Shown here piece by piece: positions 18,315 to 27,878 of a stretch of 64,000 nucleotides of DNA (position 1 is its first letter; every line of letters begins with the position of its first letter). Position numbers and translations under genes: made by a program. This DNA is from Candidatus Omnitrophota bacterium (GTDB taxonomy: Bacteria; Omnitrophota; Gorgyraeia; Gygaellales; Profunditerraquicolaceae): contig JAZDMX010000017.1 in assembly GCA_043800555.1 (NCBI GenBank), positions 4,068 through 68,067 on the forward strand, written 5' to 3'. The notes beneath the pieces were generated by a model. It was not told the DNA's origin. It did not search any database and worked only from the letters and a program-made list of their open reading frames with translations.

Positions 18315-19182
18315 CTATAGGCTTTTAATCCGCGAAGCTATATCTTCCCTGAAGGCGGCTTGGTCCGCGGGAATTAATCCAAGCAGCTCGGTATATTCTT
18401 TCCTGGCCTCTTTAACATCGCCCATCTGCGCGTATACCTGGGCCATCCTTTCCTTGAACAAAAGATTCCGCGGGTCCAGCTGAAACGCGATATTCCACTG
18501 CGCCAAAGATTCTTCAAGCAGGCCCAAATCCAATAACCCCTGGGCATACCTGCCCCTTAAACCCGGCGAGTTAGGCTTTTTCGCTATTTTCTGCTTATAC
18601 AGGGCCACAGCCTCATCCGGCTTATTCGCCCCCACATAAGCCTGCGCTAAAATGTCGGAACTGGCGATGTCATCCGGATTAGCGGCTACCTTCGCTTCTA
18701 ATACGCCGATTGCCGCGTCATAATTCTTAGCCATCATATAAGCGTCAACCAGGCGGGTGGCCAAAATAGAGTCGCCGGGATTTTCTTTTACCAAATCCTC
18801 GTAGATTTCGCTTACCTTGGCCCAATCCCCCAGGCGCACATACCCTTCGGCAATCCCTCTTTGCAAACTTACGCTTGGGGAGCTTTTCGCCGCTACCTCC
18901 AATTTTTCTATTGCCGGGTTGATCCCGTCATTTTTTTGGGGCCAAATCATAGTATTGCCTCACCGCCCAGCCGCTCATATCTTTAAAACTGTCCGAACTG
19001 ATAATCTTAATAAGGAGGTTTACGGCTTCGGTATCGGAATTTGCGGATATGTATGTCTCGACTAATTTACGCGCAGTTGCAGAATCAGCGGGAAGGTCTT
19101 CGGCTGCCGGGCTCTCCCGAAAAAACAAGGGCATTACCGTTAAAATTAAAGTTAACAAAAACACGCGCCGGCTTATCCCCAT
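18315..19182 (-). CDS. Periplasmic TPR protein, split by a +1 frameshift at ~18938-18941
   Basis: The signal-bearing 84-aa ORF ends LAPKK*, while the overlapping frame continues QKNDGINPAIEKLE into TPR repeats; removing one C from GCCCC fuses them. Confidence 0.75.
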
Positions 19183-19260
19183 CTCCTGCCTCCTTATCTT
19201 CTAAAAAACGCTCCTATTTAAACGAGTTTATCATAGGGCTTTAGAACTTTCAATACATTT

Positions 19261-20838
19261 CTATTTGCCCGCCTGTTTCTTCAACGCCTTTAAGAATATA
19301 TCCGCGATCTCCGGATCAATTGCCTTGCCGGATTCATCCAGCAACTTTTTGGCAACCTCGCCGGGAGCAAGCGGTTTATCCGGGCCAAGCCGTCCGGAAC
19401 AGGCGTCATCATAAACATCCGCCACCTTGATTATCCTTGAGCCCAGGGGGATATGCTTGCCTTCTAAGCCCAACGGATAGCCCGTCCCGTCGTAGCGCTC
19501 ATGGTGGTAAAGGATAATCGGCAATTCCATCTTCATAAATTTGTTCTTAGAGAGCAAATTAACCGTAAGCGCAGGATGCCTCCTCATTATCTCCTGCTCC
19601 CCGGAAGTCAATCCGCCGTTTTTCAATAAAATGCTTTCGCCGATCAAAAGCTTGCCTAAATCATGCACGGCCGCGGCGTTTTCGATGATCTCAATTTCAT
19701 TCTTGGGCAGGTTCATCTCTCTTGTTATCAACCGGACATATTTTAAAACATTCGCGGAGTGCCCGCTAAGAAAAGAATTGTTTTCTTCCCAAGCGGAGAT
19801 TAAATCGCTAATCGCCTCTATATAGCTTCTTTTCGGGTATTCGACTATGCTATAAACCCTTTTTTCAACCGCTAACAAATTTTCCCTATCCGAGGGCTTG
19901 GCCTGCCCGGAAAGCTCTTTGCAGGTAACCGAATTGTTCCTGCCCCTGGCCTTTGCTTCATAGCAAGCCTTATCGGCAAAAGATAGAAAATCTTCCTTAG
20001 TGAAAACCCCGTCTTCCAGAAAAGAGGACAAGCCGATACTAACGGTTAATTTAACCGTTGTCCCTTTATCGCTAAAATCAATCCCCTCTACATATTTCCT
20101 GAACCTCTCGGCGATATTAAAAATAACCGAATAATCGGTATTTATCATCAAAACGATGAATTCGTCCCCTCCGTAGCGCGCCAAGACATCCGAACCCCGG
20201 AAATTCGCTTTTAGGCATTCGCCCAGCTTTTTCAGGACAAAATCCCCGAAGGCGTGGCCGTGACCGTCGTTTACTTGTTTGAAATAGTCAATATCAATCA
20301 TAACGCAGCAGATATTATACTCGCATCTTTTAACGCGGAAAACTTCCATGTTCAAGCATTCCAAAAAATACCTTTTGTTGTGTAACCCGGTTACGCTGTC
20401 TTCCATGGATAAACTTTGCAATACCGGGACCATTTTATTCAACCGGCTGACCTCGTCCCTTAAATGCTTCCTGCGCAAAACCATTTTTAACTTCATAAGC
20501 GCCATCTGCGCGCTGTTTGAGTCAATTATATAATCATCTGCTCCGGCTTCCAGGCAAAAGAGGGCATCGGACTCCTTGGGGCCGGCCAACATCACCACAG
20601 GCGTATATTTTAATGAAGCAACCGACTTTATCCTCTTCACTGCTTCGACGGCAGGCATCTGCGTAAGCCGGCTGCTAAGCAAAACGCAATCTATTTGTTC
20701 CCCGGAAAGGATGCTCAAGGCTTCCTGGCAACTGCTAACAGGCATCAGCAGGTAACCGGAGGCATCCAAACGGCGGATGGACGCTTCCAGGCTGCCGGGG
20801 TTATCGTCAATGACCAATATGGTTATCTTTTCTTTCAT
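19261..20838 (-). CDS. REC-GGDEF-HD-GYP c-di-GMP metabolising protein
   Basis: DIDYFKQVND, RGSD I-site, RYGGDEF; HDLGK, HHERYDGTGYP; N-terminal receiver fold. Confidence 0.92.
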   Translation of the reverse strand: MKEKITILVIDDNPGSLEASIRRLDASGYLLMPVSSCQEALSILSGEQIDCVLLSSRLTQMPAVEAVKRIKSVASLKYTPVVMLAGPKESDALFCLEAGADDYIIDSNSAQMALMKLKMVLRRKHLRDEVSRLNKMVPVLQSLSMEDSVTGLHNKRYFLECLNMEVFRVKRCEYNICCVMIDIDYFKQVNDGHGHAFGDFVLKKLGECLKANFRGSDVLARYGGDEFIVLMINTDYSVIFNIAERFRKYVEGIDFSDKGTTVKLTVSIGLSSFLEDGVFTKEDFLSFADKACYEAKARGRNNSVTCKELSGQAKPSDRENLLAVEKRVYSIVEYPKRSYIEAISDLISAWEENNSFLSGHSANVLKYVRLITREMNLPKNEIEIIENAAAVHDLGKLLIGESILLKNGGLTSGEQEIMRRHPALTVNLLSKNKFMKMELPIILYHHERYDGTGYPLGLEGKHIPLGSRIIKVADVYDDACSGRLGPDKPLAPGEVAKKLLDESGKAIDPEIADIFLKALKKQAGK

Positions 20839-20924
20839 TCTTCCCCCTGATAAAAAATCCTTAATTTATAAACTTACCGGTTCTGTTTCCGTTAGTATAA
20901 TAATATACCGCCGGTTTGTAAAGC

Positions 20925-22613
20925 CTATTGTTTTTTCTTGAATTCTCCTTCAAAATAATCGGCCTGCGCGAAATCCCCCTGGCTGTAATAAAAAGCAGCC
21001 AGGTTACGATAGGCGTCGGCATAATCCGGGTTTATTGCGATAGTCTCCTTCCACAGCTTTTCCGCTTCTTCCGGCTTGCCCTGGTTATAATATAGTATCC
21101 CCAGGTTAAAACGGACGTCATCGTAATCCGGATTAACCGCCAATTCCATCTTGTATTCTTCTTCCGCGGCTTCAAGCTCGCCCCGGGAGGCGTAAATCAA
21201 CCCTAAATTATTATGCGCCATCGGCTCAAGCGCGTTAAGCTCCAAGGCCTTTTTGTATTCCGGCTCCGCTTTATCCAGTGAGCCTTCAAGATAATACATC
21301 GCCCCCAAGTTACGGTGGGCAAGCGGCGAATGCGGAGAATTCTTTACGGCGTTTAGCCAGAAACTCAACTTGTCTCTGAAATTCCCGGTGTGAAAAAAGG
21401 TTATGGCCGCGAATAAAATTATAACCGCGGATGCAGCCGTAAAATTCCTCTTTAAGCCAAAATCAAGCTTCTTCATTATATCGGTTTCAAGGAGCAAAAT
21501 AAAAAACCCGGCCAGCGGCATATAAACCCTATGCTCTATGAAATCCGCCGCTATCTTCGGATTCGGCCGGATAAACGAGGGCAATAAGAAAAGCAAAAAC
21601 CAGGCTGCGCCGAAAATGACAAATCCGCGGCGGGCATGTTTTGAGAAAAACAAGGCCGGCGTAATTAACGCCAACGCCAAAATACCGTAAACAAATGTCG
21701 TATCTTGTATCAAGGGGAGCACGGACAGATTAAAAGGGAAAATGATCTTGCCGATAAACTGAATTAAAGCCGGCAGATTCAGCAGCATCGACTTAACCAT
21801 ATTCGCTACGGTCATCGGCATGGGATTATCGCTAAGCGCCACCGAACGCATAAAAAACCAAAGGCCGGATACAGCCAGCCATCCCGCCAGCACAAAAAAA
21901 GGGGACGTTTCTACTTTTCTGGCGCCAAGTTCGGGAAAAGTAGAAACGTCCCCTTTTTTCGAAACGCCCCGCTTTTTCCATATAAGCCAATAATATAGGA
22001 TACACACGGGCATAAGCATTAAAGCCGATTCTTTCGTAAAGAGGGCCAGGCAAAAAAAGAAGATATGCGCCAAACAATACCTGATCTTTTTTGTCTCCAG
22101 GAAATCCAAAAAGAAAATAAATGACGCTAAGCCAAAAAGGGCTAGCAGGGAATCGTTTCTTCCCGGTATCCAGCTTACCGCTTGCGCCAATACGGGATGG
22201 ACGCTAAAAAGCAGGGAGAAAAATAACGCCGGCCTAAAGGGATAGCCCAATTTGGAAAAAAACTTAAAGACCAGGCAGGAAGCCGCCAAATGTATGATGA
22301 TATTAGTCAGGTGGTATATGAACGGGTTTGTGCCGCCGAGCTGCGCGTCAAATAATAACGACACAGTCAGCAGCGGCCGATAATAAGCGGCCGAGCTATG
22401 CAGTATGTGAAAAACCTCGTGCCTGAATGCCTCAAGCACATTGGATAAACGGCTCAAGAAATTGTGGTTATTGATGACTAACGCATTATCGTCAAGGTAG
22501 GTAAACCCAAAAAATAGCGACTTAAAATATACCAGGAGCCCGGCGCCGGATATGAAAACGCAGGCCAACGCCCCCCTTAAAGAAACGGATCCGGGACCGC
22601 TTTTCTTCTTCAT
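20925..22613 (-). CDS. TMTC-like GT-C membrane glycosyltransferase with C-terminal TPRs
   Basis: FTYLDD, YYRPL, HLTNIIIH, FSVHPV..AVSWIPGR, TKESA, EHRVYMP, then TPR repeats. Confidence 0.85.
   Translation of the reverse strand: MKKKSGPGSVSLRGALACVFISGAGLLVYFKSLFFGFTYLDDNALVINNHNFLSRLSNVLEAFRHEVFHILHSSAAYYRPLLTVSLLFDAQLGGTNPFIYHLTNIIIHLAASCLVFKFFSKLGYPFRPALFFSLLFSVHPVLAQAVSWIPGRNDSLLALFGLASFIFFLDFLETKKIRYCLAHIFFFCLALFTKESALMLMPVCILYYWLIWKKRGVSKKGDVSTFPELGARKVETSPFFVLAGWLAVSGLWFFMRSVALSDNPMPMTVANMVKSMLLNLPALIQFIGKIIFPFNLSVLPLIQDTTFVYGILALALITPALFFSKHARRGFVIFGAAWFLLFLLPSFIRPNPKIAADFIEHRVYMPLAGFFILLLETDIMKKLDFGLKRNFTAASAVIILFAAITFFHTGNFRDKLSFWLNAVKNSPHSPLAHRNLGAMYYLEGSLDKAEPEYKKALELNALEPMAHNNLGLIYASRGELEAAEEEYKMELAVNPDYDDVRFNLGILYYNQGKPEEAEKLWKETIAINPDYADAYRNLAAFYYSQGDFAQADYFEGEFKKKQ
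21894..21959. repeat. REP-like palindrome copy 12, in-frame in an inter-helix loop of the glycosyltransferase
   Basis: aaaaaaaggggacgtttctactttt-ctggcgccaagttcggg-aaaagtagaaacgtcccctttttt; encodes KKGDVSTFPELGARKVETSPFF between TM helices. Confidence 0.97.
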
Positions 22614-22662
22614 CTGCTTTTATTCCTTTTCGGGCTTGCCGGAAGCGCCCATATTTCCAAGG

Positions 22663-25362
22663 TTAACCTAAAATAACGCTTACGATATTGGAAGAAGCCC
22701 TTTGGAGAAGCCTACGGTTGATCAGAATACGTTTTGAGCCTTTTTCTAATGTCAACTGCTTGGAATTCAAAAAGGCCCTTAAAATCTTATACCTGCCATA
22801 ATCAAGCTTATCGGGGTTGGAAATATTAATTTGAAGCCGGGAGCCGGCAAATGGCCTGCTTAAGCTAACCGTAGATACGCTTGCGAATTGTCCGGCGGTT
22901 AATTTTGGCTCAATTACCAAATTCCCGTCTTCTCCGCGCGCTCCAAAGGCCTGCGTCAAAAGAGTCAAAATAAACCAACTGGCTGAACCGGTCAGGTAAG
23001 AATACATCCCCCTTCCTTCGGCATCAAAATATTCCGGGAGGCAAGGATATATCCTGCTGTTTTTTGAATCGCCGGCTAACATATATAATGAACGCAGCGC
23101 CTTCCATCCTTCTTTCGCAAAACCCCGGTTATATAAGCCATAAGCATACATTACAACCATATGGGCGAAAATCGCCCCGTTCTCTTTGTCGCCGTAAGAA
23201 AAAGAAAATGCCCGGCCAAGATACCGCTCTTCTTCTGCCGCCCCTTGCCTGATCCCCCCTGGCGCTTTAGACGATAAAGGAGAAAAATCAGTGTTCAAAT
23301 GATAACTTTTCAGCCGCCTGTCCCAAAGGTGCCTGTTTACGCTCTTGATTACCTGATTAACCTGCTTTTGGCCGGGGATCCCGGACATAACCGGAAATAC
23401 TTGGGAAGCTAAACACATCCTTATCCGGCCGTTTACCCTTCCTTCAACCCGCCTCTTTTTATTATCATAATAGCCGTTAAAAAATCCCTCCTTAAGCCAT
23501 TCCTTTTCTCTTATGTGCCGGGCCATCCATAAAGATTTTATTTTTAAGCTCCGCGCAAGCGCCTCCGTACCCACCGGCTTCTTCTTTCCCGAAATAGCGC
23601 CCTGGACCTTGGCAAAATAGCTCTCCAGGATTTTGCGTTTTCGGGCCTTATCTTTATAATCAAAGGATTTAAGCAAAATCAGTATTTCTTCGGCAAGCTC
23701 GACTTTCTTCTTACCCGTTTTTAACAATACCTCCGCCAGTAAATTCAGGTTCCGGGCGTACACCGCGCTAAAAGTTACGCTCTCGCCATATTCGCCGGCC
23801 ATGTCCAGGCCATCGTTCCAATCCGCTCCTTCCAGGCGGATATGGTTATGCGGGCCGACATTAAAAAACTGGGCCAGGTTTTGAATAAGCAGGTGCTCGA
23901 ATATAGAGCCGGTATAAATTTTACCCGTAACAGACCTTAATTTATTGCCGCCTTTATCATCCGGGGACCCGGAGAACTTCGATGAACGCCAGCTATGCCG
24001 GTCGCAAAAGTAAGGCGCCTCTGCGAATAAAATATCCAAATCCCCTGTCTCGTTAATGTAAAGGTCCGTGGTAATAAGCGGCCAAACGCCGTGGTCCATC
24101 CAGACGCGGGCGATATTGTTACGGTCGGCTATAAATTCACCCGGCTTCTTCCCGACGATAGTAGCGTTAGAGCCGTCTATCCTTACTCCGGAGAGATTAT
24201 TCAACAAAAGCCGGCGCGCTTGCCCGGGGTCATTCAAGACCAATCCCAGGCAATCCTGCCAAAGGTCGCGCCAACCGCGGCCGCCTTTACCGTAATCAAA
24301 ATCCGGCAGGAAGGAACAACCAAAGGTTCTGCGCAGAAACGGCTGGATGTTCACCCAATTAAGCCAATTGTCAAAAGCGGGTTCGGCGCTGGAAATATTA
24401 ATCGCGCGCGCCTTTTGAATCCAGAAGGCTTTTGTCTGCCGGAACGCTTTCTCGACTTTCGGCGCGGTATTAAATTTGTTCAAAAGCCGGGTTATTTCAT
24501 TAAGGCTTTGGGCAATCCCCATAACAATAATATATACCCGGCTCTGGCCTGGTTTAAGCGCGATATTCCCAAAACGCAAAGCCCCCATCGGCTCTTTGCC
24601 CTGGACCGGCCTTTTATCGGGAAGCAGATTGTTCAGGATCGCCGCCGGCGCCTCTAAATCCCCCGCCTCCCCGCAGAACATTTCCTGCGTCGGATAAATA
24701 TGCCGCGGCGGCCTTGCTTCGGCGTCAACTCCCAAAACGAAATAATAATCCTTATTCGGTTTATGCCCGGTTTCATCGAATAAAAGCGTGGGCTTGGAAA
24801 TAACTCCGTATTTATTTAAAATTACGCGCTGGAGGAGGCTGGTAACATGGCGGTGGTCGCGGATATTATCGGCGCTTCTTGCATACAGGGGAATTGCCGC
24901 GGTAGGGACAAATGCTATTTTCCTGCGGCTAGTATTTGTCAACTTTACCCGCATGATCTCAACGGGTTCTCCGGAAGCGGGGACAAAAGAAGTTGCCTCG
25001 GATTTTAAGCCGATTGATTTATTCTCCCGGCTTACGCGCTGCCAAAGCAAACCGGCTTCAAAATCGAAATGATCGTTTTTAACCTGCCGGAAGTTTTTCG
25101 ATACGCCGCAAGCCGACCAAATTTTATCCTGGTTGATATAAACCCAGAAATTCCTTGAGGAGCGGGAGTTGACCAGGCTGGCCCTTGAGGCGGGCTCAAG
25201 CAGGAATGAGTTTTGGCTGCCTTTAATGTCTCCCCGGAGCTCGGGAGTCAAAGAAGACATTAAGGATTCGTTACAGAGCGGAAAATAAAGGCTTTTAATT
25301 TTATCCGCCGCGGGAGCCGTAAAGCTGCCCAGGCCATCGGTAAACTCCCAGAGCTTTTCCAT
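22663..25362 (-). CDS. GH94 glycoside phosphorylase (cellobiose phosphorylase-like)
   Basis: GRGWRDLWQD, ADWNDGL, GESV, KENGAIFAH, YLTGSASW motifs. Confidence 0.88.
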   Translation of the reverse strand: MEKLWEFTDGLGSFTAPAADKIKSLYFPLCNESLMSSLTPELRGDIKGSQNSFLLEPASRASLVNSRSSRNFWVYINQDKIWSACGVSKNFRQVKNDHFDFEAGLLWQRVSRENKSIGLKSEATSFVPASGEPVEIMRVKLTNTSRRKIAFVPTAAIPLYARSADNIRDHRHVTSLLQRVILNKYGVISKPTLLFDETGHKPNKDYYFVLGVDAEARPPRHIYPTQEMFCGEAGDLEAPAAILNNLLPDKRPVQGKEPMGALRFGNIALKPGQSRVYIIVMGIAQSLNEITRLLNKFNTAPKVEKAFRQTKAFWIQKARAINISSAEPAFDNWLNWVNIQPFLRRTFGCSFLPDFDYGKGGRGWRDLWQDCLGLVLNDPGQARRLLLNNLSGVRIDGSNATIVGKKPGEFIADRNNIARVWMDHGVWPLITTDLYINETGDLDILFAEAPYFCDRHSWRSSKFSGSPDDKGGNKLRSVTGKIYTGSIFEHLLIQNLAQFFNVGPHNHIRLEGADWNDGLDMAGEYGESVTFSAVYARNLNLLAEVLLKTGKKKVELAEEILILLKSFDYKDKARKRKILESYFAKVQGAISGKKKPVGTEALARSLKIKSLWMARHIREKEWLKEGFFNGYYDNKKRRVEGRVNGRIRMCLASQVFPVMSGIPGQKQVNQVIKSVNRHLWDRRLKSYHLNTDFSPLSSKAPGGIRQGAAEEERYLGRAFSFSYGDKENGAIFAHMVVMYAYGLYNRGFAKEGWKALRSLYMLAGDSKNSRIYPCLPEYFDAEGRGMYSYLTGSASWFILTLLTQAFGARGEDGNLVIEPKLTAGQFASVSTVSLSRPFAGSRLQINISNPDKLDYGRYKILRAFLNSKQLTLEKGSKRILINRRLLQRASSNIVSVILG

Positions 25363-25369
25363 AAATCCG

Positions 25370-25786
25370 TCACTCGCCTATTATCTTTATCAAAACCCGC
25401 TTCTTGCGCCGGCCGTCGAATTCTCCGTAAAATACCTGCTCCCACGGCCCAAAGTCGAGCTTGCCGCAGGTAATGGCCGCGACAACCTCCCTGCCCATAA
25501 CAGTCCTTTTAAGATGGGCGTCCCCGTTATCCTCGCCGGAGAGGTTATGTTTATACTTTTCTTTCCCGTAAGGAGCGAGCTTTTCCAGCCAGCCGCTGAA
25601 ATCATCATGCAGCCCCGGCTCATCATCGTTAACAAAAACCGAGCTGGTTATATGCATCGCGTTAACCAGGCAAAGCCCTTCCTTGACTTTGCTTTTCTCA
25701 ACGGCTTCCCGGATCTGGGAAGTTATATTTATAAACTCCTGGCGTTTTTTTGTGTTAAACCATAAATATTGAGTGGAGGTTTTCAT
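25370..25786 (-). CDS. yjbQ: YjbQ/UPF0047 family protein
   Basis: [35 protein letters not shown]. Confidence 0.9.
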   Translation of the reverse strand: MKTSTQYLWFNTKKRQEFINITSQIREAVEKSKVKEGLCLVNAMHITSSVFVNDDEPGLHDDFSGWLEKLAPYGKEKYKHNLSGEDNGDAHLKRTVMGREVVAAITCGKLDFGPWEQVFYGEFDGRRKKRVLIKIIGE

Positions 25787-25823
25787 TTATTTTATTATAC
25801 CTTAAATAAAACCCCAAAACAAT

Positions 25824-25856
25824 AAAAAAACCCGCCGGGTTCCTCAAGCGGGCTTT
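25824..25856 (-). terminator. Intrinsic terminator after tRNA-fMet
   Basis: Minus strand aagcccgc-loop-gcgggttttttt. Confidence 0.6.
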
Positions 25857-25862
25857 ATATAG

Positions 25863-25936
25863 TTGCGGGGGCCCGATTTGAACGGACGACCTCAAGGTTA
25901 TGAGCCTTGCGAGCTACCAGGCTGCTCCACCCCGCG
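25863..25936 (-). tRNA. tRNA-Met(CAT), initiator type
   Basis: CGCGGGGTGGAGCAGCCTGGTAGCTCG-CAAGG-CTCATAA-CCTTG..GTTCAAAT..CCCCGCAA; C1:A72 mismatch; CCA not encoded. Confidence 0.93.
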
Positions 25937-26036
25937 ATCTATTGCTTGACGAGGGCCCCGGGCTTACCGCCGGGCCCTGCCAAACGGAACTTTTTAAGGG
26001 ACAAAATATTATAACACCAAACCACTCTGTCAAAAG

Positions 26037-26321
26037 CTATTTCTTTTGCTTCTGCGGGATAATCTTAATGGGGATCTCTCCCTTCCTAACCACCCCCATC
26101 TTCTCCCGCGCCATCCTCTCCTGGTAAACAGGGTCATTGGCTATTTTCTTTATCTCCTGTTCCAGGAGCGCGTTTTCCATGCTTAGGCGCTTGATCTTAT
26201 CTTCTAAATCCTGGTTTTTCCCCCGCAGGTTTTGCAGCTTGTTGAATCCCGGGAGAAACAAAACCAGGAAAATAACCGCAAATACAAAATACCAGCATGC
26301 CTTCTTTAACGTAGCTAACAT
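26037..26321 (-). CDS. ftsB: Septum formation initiator FtsB/DivIC
   Basis: TM helix, coiled coil, DPVYQERMAREKMGVVRKGE; follows eno. Confidence 0.85.
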   Translation of the reverse strand: MLATLKKACWYFVFAVIFLVLFLPGFNKLQNLRGKNQDLEDKIKRLSMENALLEQEIKKIANDPVYQERMAREKMGVVRKGEIPIKIIPQKQKK

Positions 26322-27605
26322 TTATTTGTTCCAAAGAGTCCCCGCGTAAACTGCTTTAGAGCCCAGCTCTTCTTCAATCCTTAAGAGCTCGTTGTATTTA
26401 CAAACCCTGTCGGTGCGGGAAAGCGAACCGGTTTTAATCTGGCCGCAAGAGCAGGCTACGGCTAAATGCGCGATTGTAGTGTCTTCGGTCTCGCCGCTTC
26501 GATGCGATATGATCGCTTTGTATTTATTGCGCCTGGCGATATTTACCGCCTCAATTGTCTCAGAGAGCGAACCAATCTGGTTTACTTTAATCAGTATAGC
26601 ATTGCCTATCTTTTCCGCAATACCTTTCTTGAATATCTTGGGGTTAGTAACGAATATATCGTCTCCCACCAACTGCAGCTTGGGCCCTAACTGCCTGGTC
26701 ATCTCCTGCCACCCGCTCCAATCGTGCTCGCTTAAGCCGTCCTCAATGGAAAGAATGGGATATTTATTTAGCCACGATTCGTAAATCCGGATTAAATCCC
26801 CGGAGGTTTTCTGGGAATTCTCAAAAGTATACCTGCCTTCCGGGCAGCCTTGCCCGCCTTTCCAGAATGAACTGGAAGCGCAATCCAGGGCCAAGCTGAT
26901 ATCTTTTCCGGGCTTATACCCTGATTTTTCGATCGCCTGAATAATTAAATCAAGGGCCTCCTGGTTACTGGTTAAATTCGGGGCAAACCCTCCTTCGTCC
27001 CCAACCGAAGTAGAAAGTTTCTTTGACTTAAGCAGCGCTTTTAAATTATGGAAAACTTCGCTTGCCATACGCAAGGCTTCGCTAAAACGCAACGCGCCTA
27101 TCGGCATAATCATAAACTCCTGTATATCCAGGTTATTATCCGCGTGTAACCCGCCGTTTAGGATATTCATCAAGGGGACCGGCAAAACTTTTGCTTTTTC
27201 TCCGCCCAAGAACCTGTATAAAGGCTCTTTTTTGCTTAGAGCCGCCGCCTTAGCTACCGCCATAGAAACGCCAAGGATGGCGTTAGCGCCAAGATTGGCC
27301 TTATTTTCAGTGCCATCTAATTTAATCAGCAGGGCGTCGGTTTTCTTAAAATCAGGCGCTAAACCCTTTATCTTCGAAGCAATTATGGTATTTACGTTAT
27401 TAACGGCCTTAAGCACTCCTTTGCCCATATACCTGTTTTTGTCGCCATCCCTTAATTCCAAGGCCTCTTTTTCTCCCGTGGAAGCTCCGGAAGGGACTGC
27501 AGCCCTGCCTAAAATACCGTTATCCAGGATTACGTCGACTTCGACTGTAGGGTTCCCGCGGGAATCCAGGATTTCGCGGGCCAAAACTTTCTTGATCTTT
27601 GCCAT
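26322..27605 (-). CDS. eno: Enolase
   Basis: [46 protein letters not shown]. Confidence 0.98.
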   Translation of the reverse strand: MAKIKKVLAREILDSRGNPTVEVDVILDNGILGRAAVPSGASTGEKEALELRDGDKNRYMGKGVLKAVNNVNTIIASKIKGLAPDFKKTDALLIKLDGTENKANLGANAILGVSMAVAKAAALSKKEPLYRFLGGEKAKVLPVPLMNILNGGLHADNNLDIQEFMIMPIGALRFSEALRMASEVFHNLKALLKSKKLSTSVGDEGGFAPNLTSNQEALDLIIQAIEKSGYKPGKDISLALDCASSSFWKGGQGCPEGRYTFENSQKTSGDLIRIYESWLNKYPILSIEDGLSEHDWSGWQEMTRQLGPKLQLVGDDIFVTNPKIFKKGIAEKIGNAILIKVNQIGSLSETIEAVNIARRNKYKAIISHRSGETEDTTIAHLAVACSCGQIKTGSLSRTDRVCKYNELLRIEEELGSKAVYAGTLWNK

Positions 27606-27731
27606 TTCGGTCACCTCTTATTATTTATCGCAACGGGGTTTTGCCCTCCGCTACGCTTGCTTGATCAGCCTTAACGCTAGAGTTTTTATTATACACAGCA
27701 AACTAATCCCGTCAAGTGGAAAAAAGGGCAA

Positions 27732-27805
27732 AGAGGAAAAGGGGGACGTTTCTACTTTTCTGGCAATCCGGCTCAAGAAAAGTAGAAACGTCCCCCTTTT
27801 CCTCC
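27732..27805. repeat. REP-like palindrome copy 13, between divergent eno and ftsH promoters
   Basis: agaggaaaagggggacgtttctactttt-N18-aaaagtagaaacgtcccccttttcctct. Confidence 0.97.
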
Positions 27806-27878
27806 TATTTTCCCTTTGACAGACAGGGAAAGTTGTGATACCTTATTGAAGCAATCTTTAAGAAAGGGACGGTAAAAA

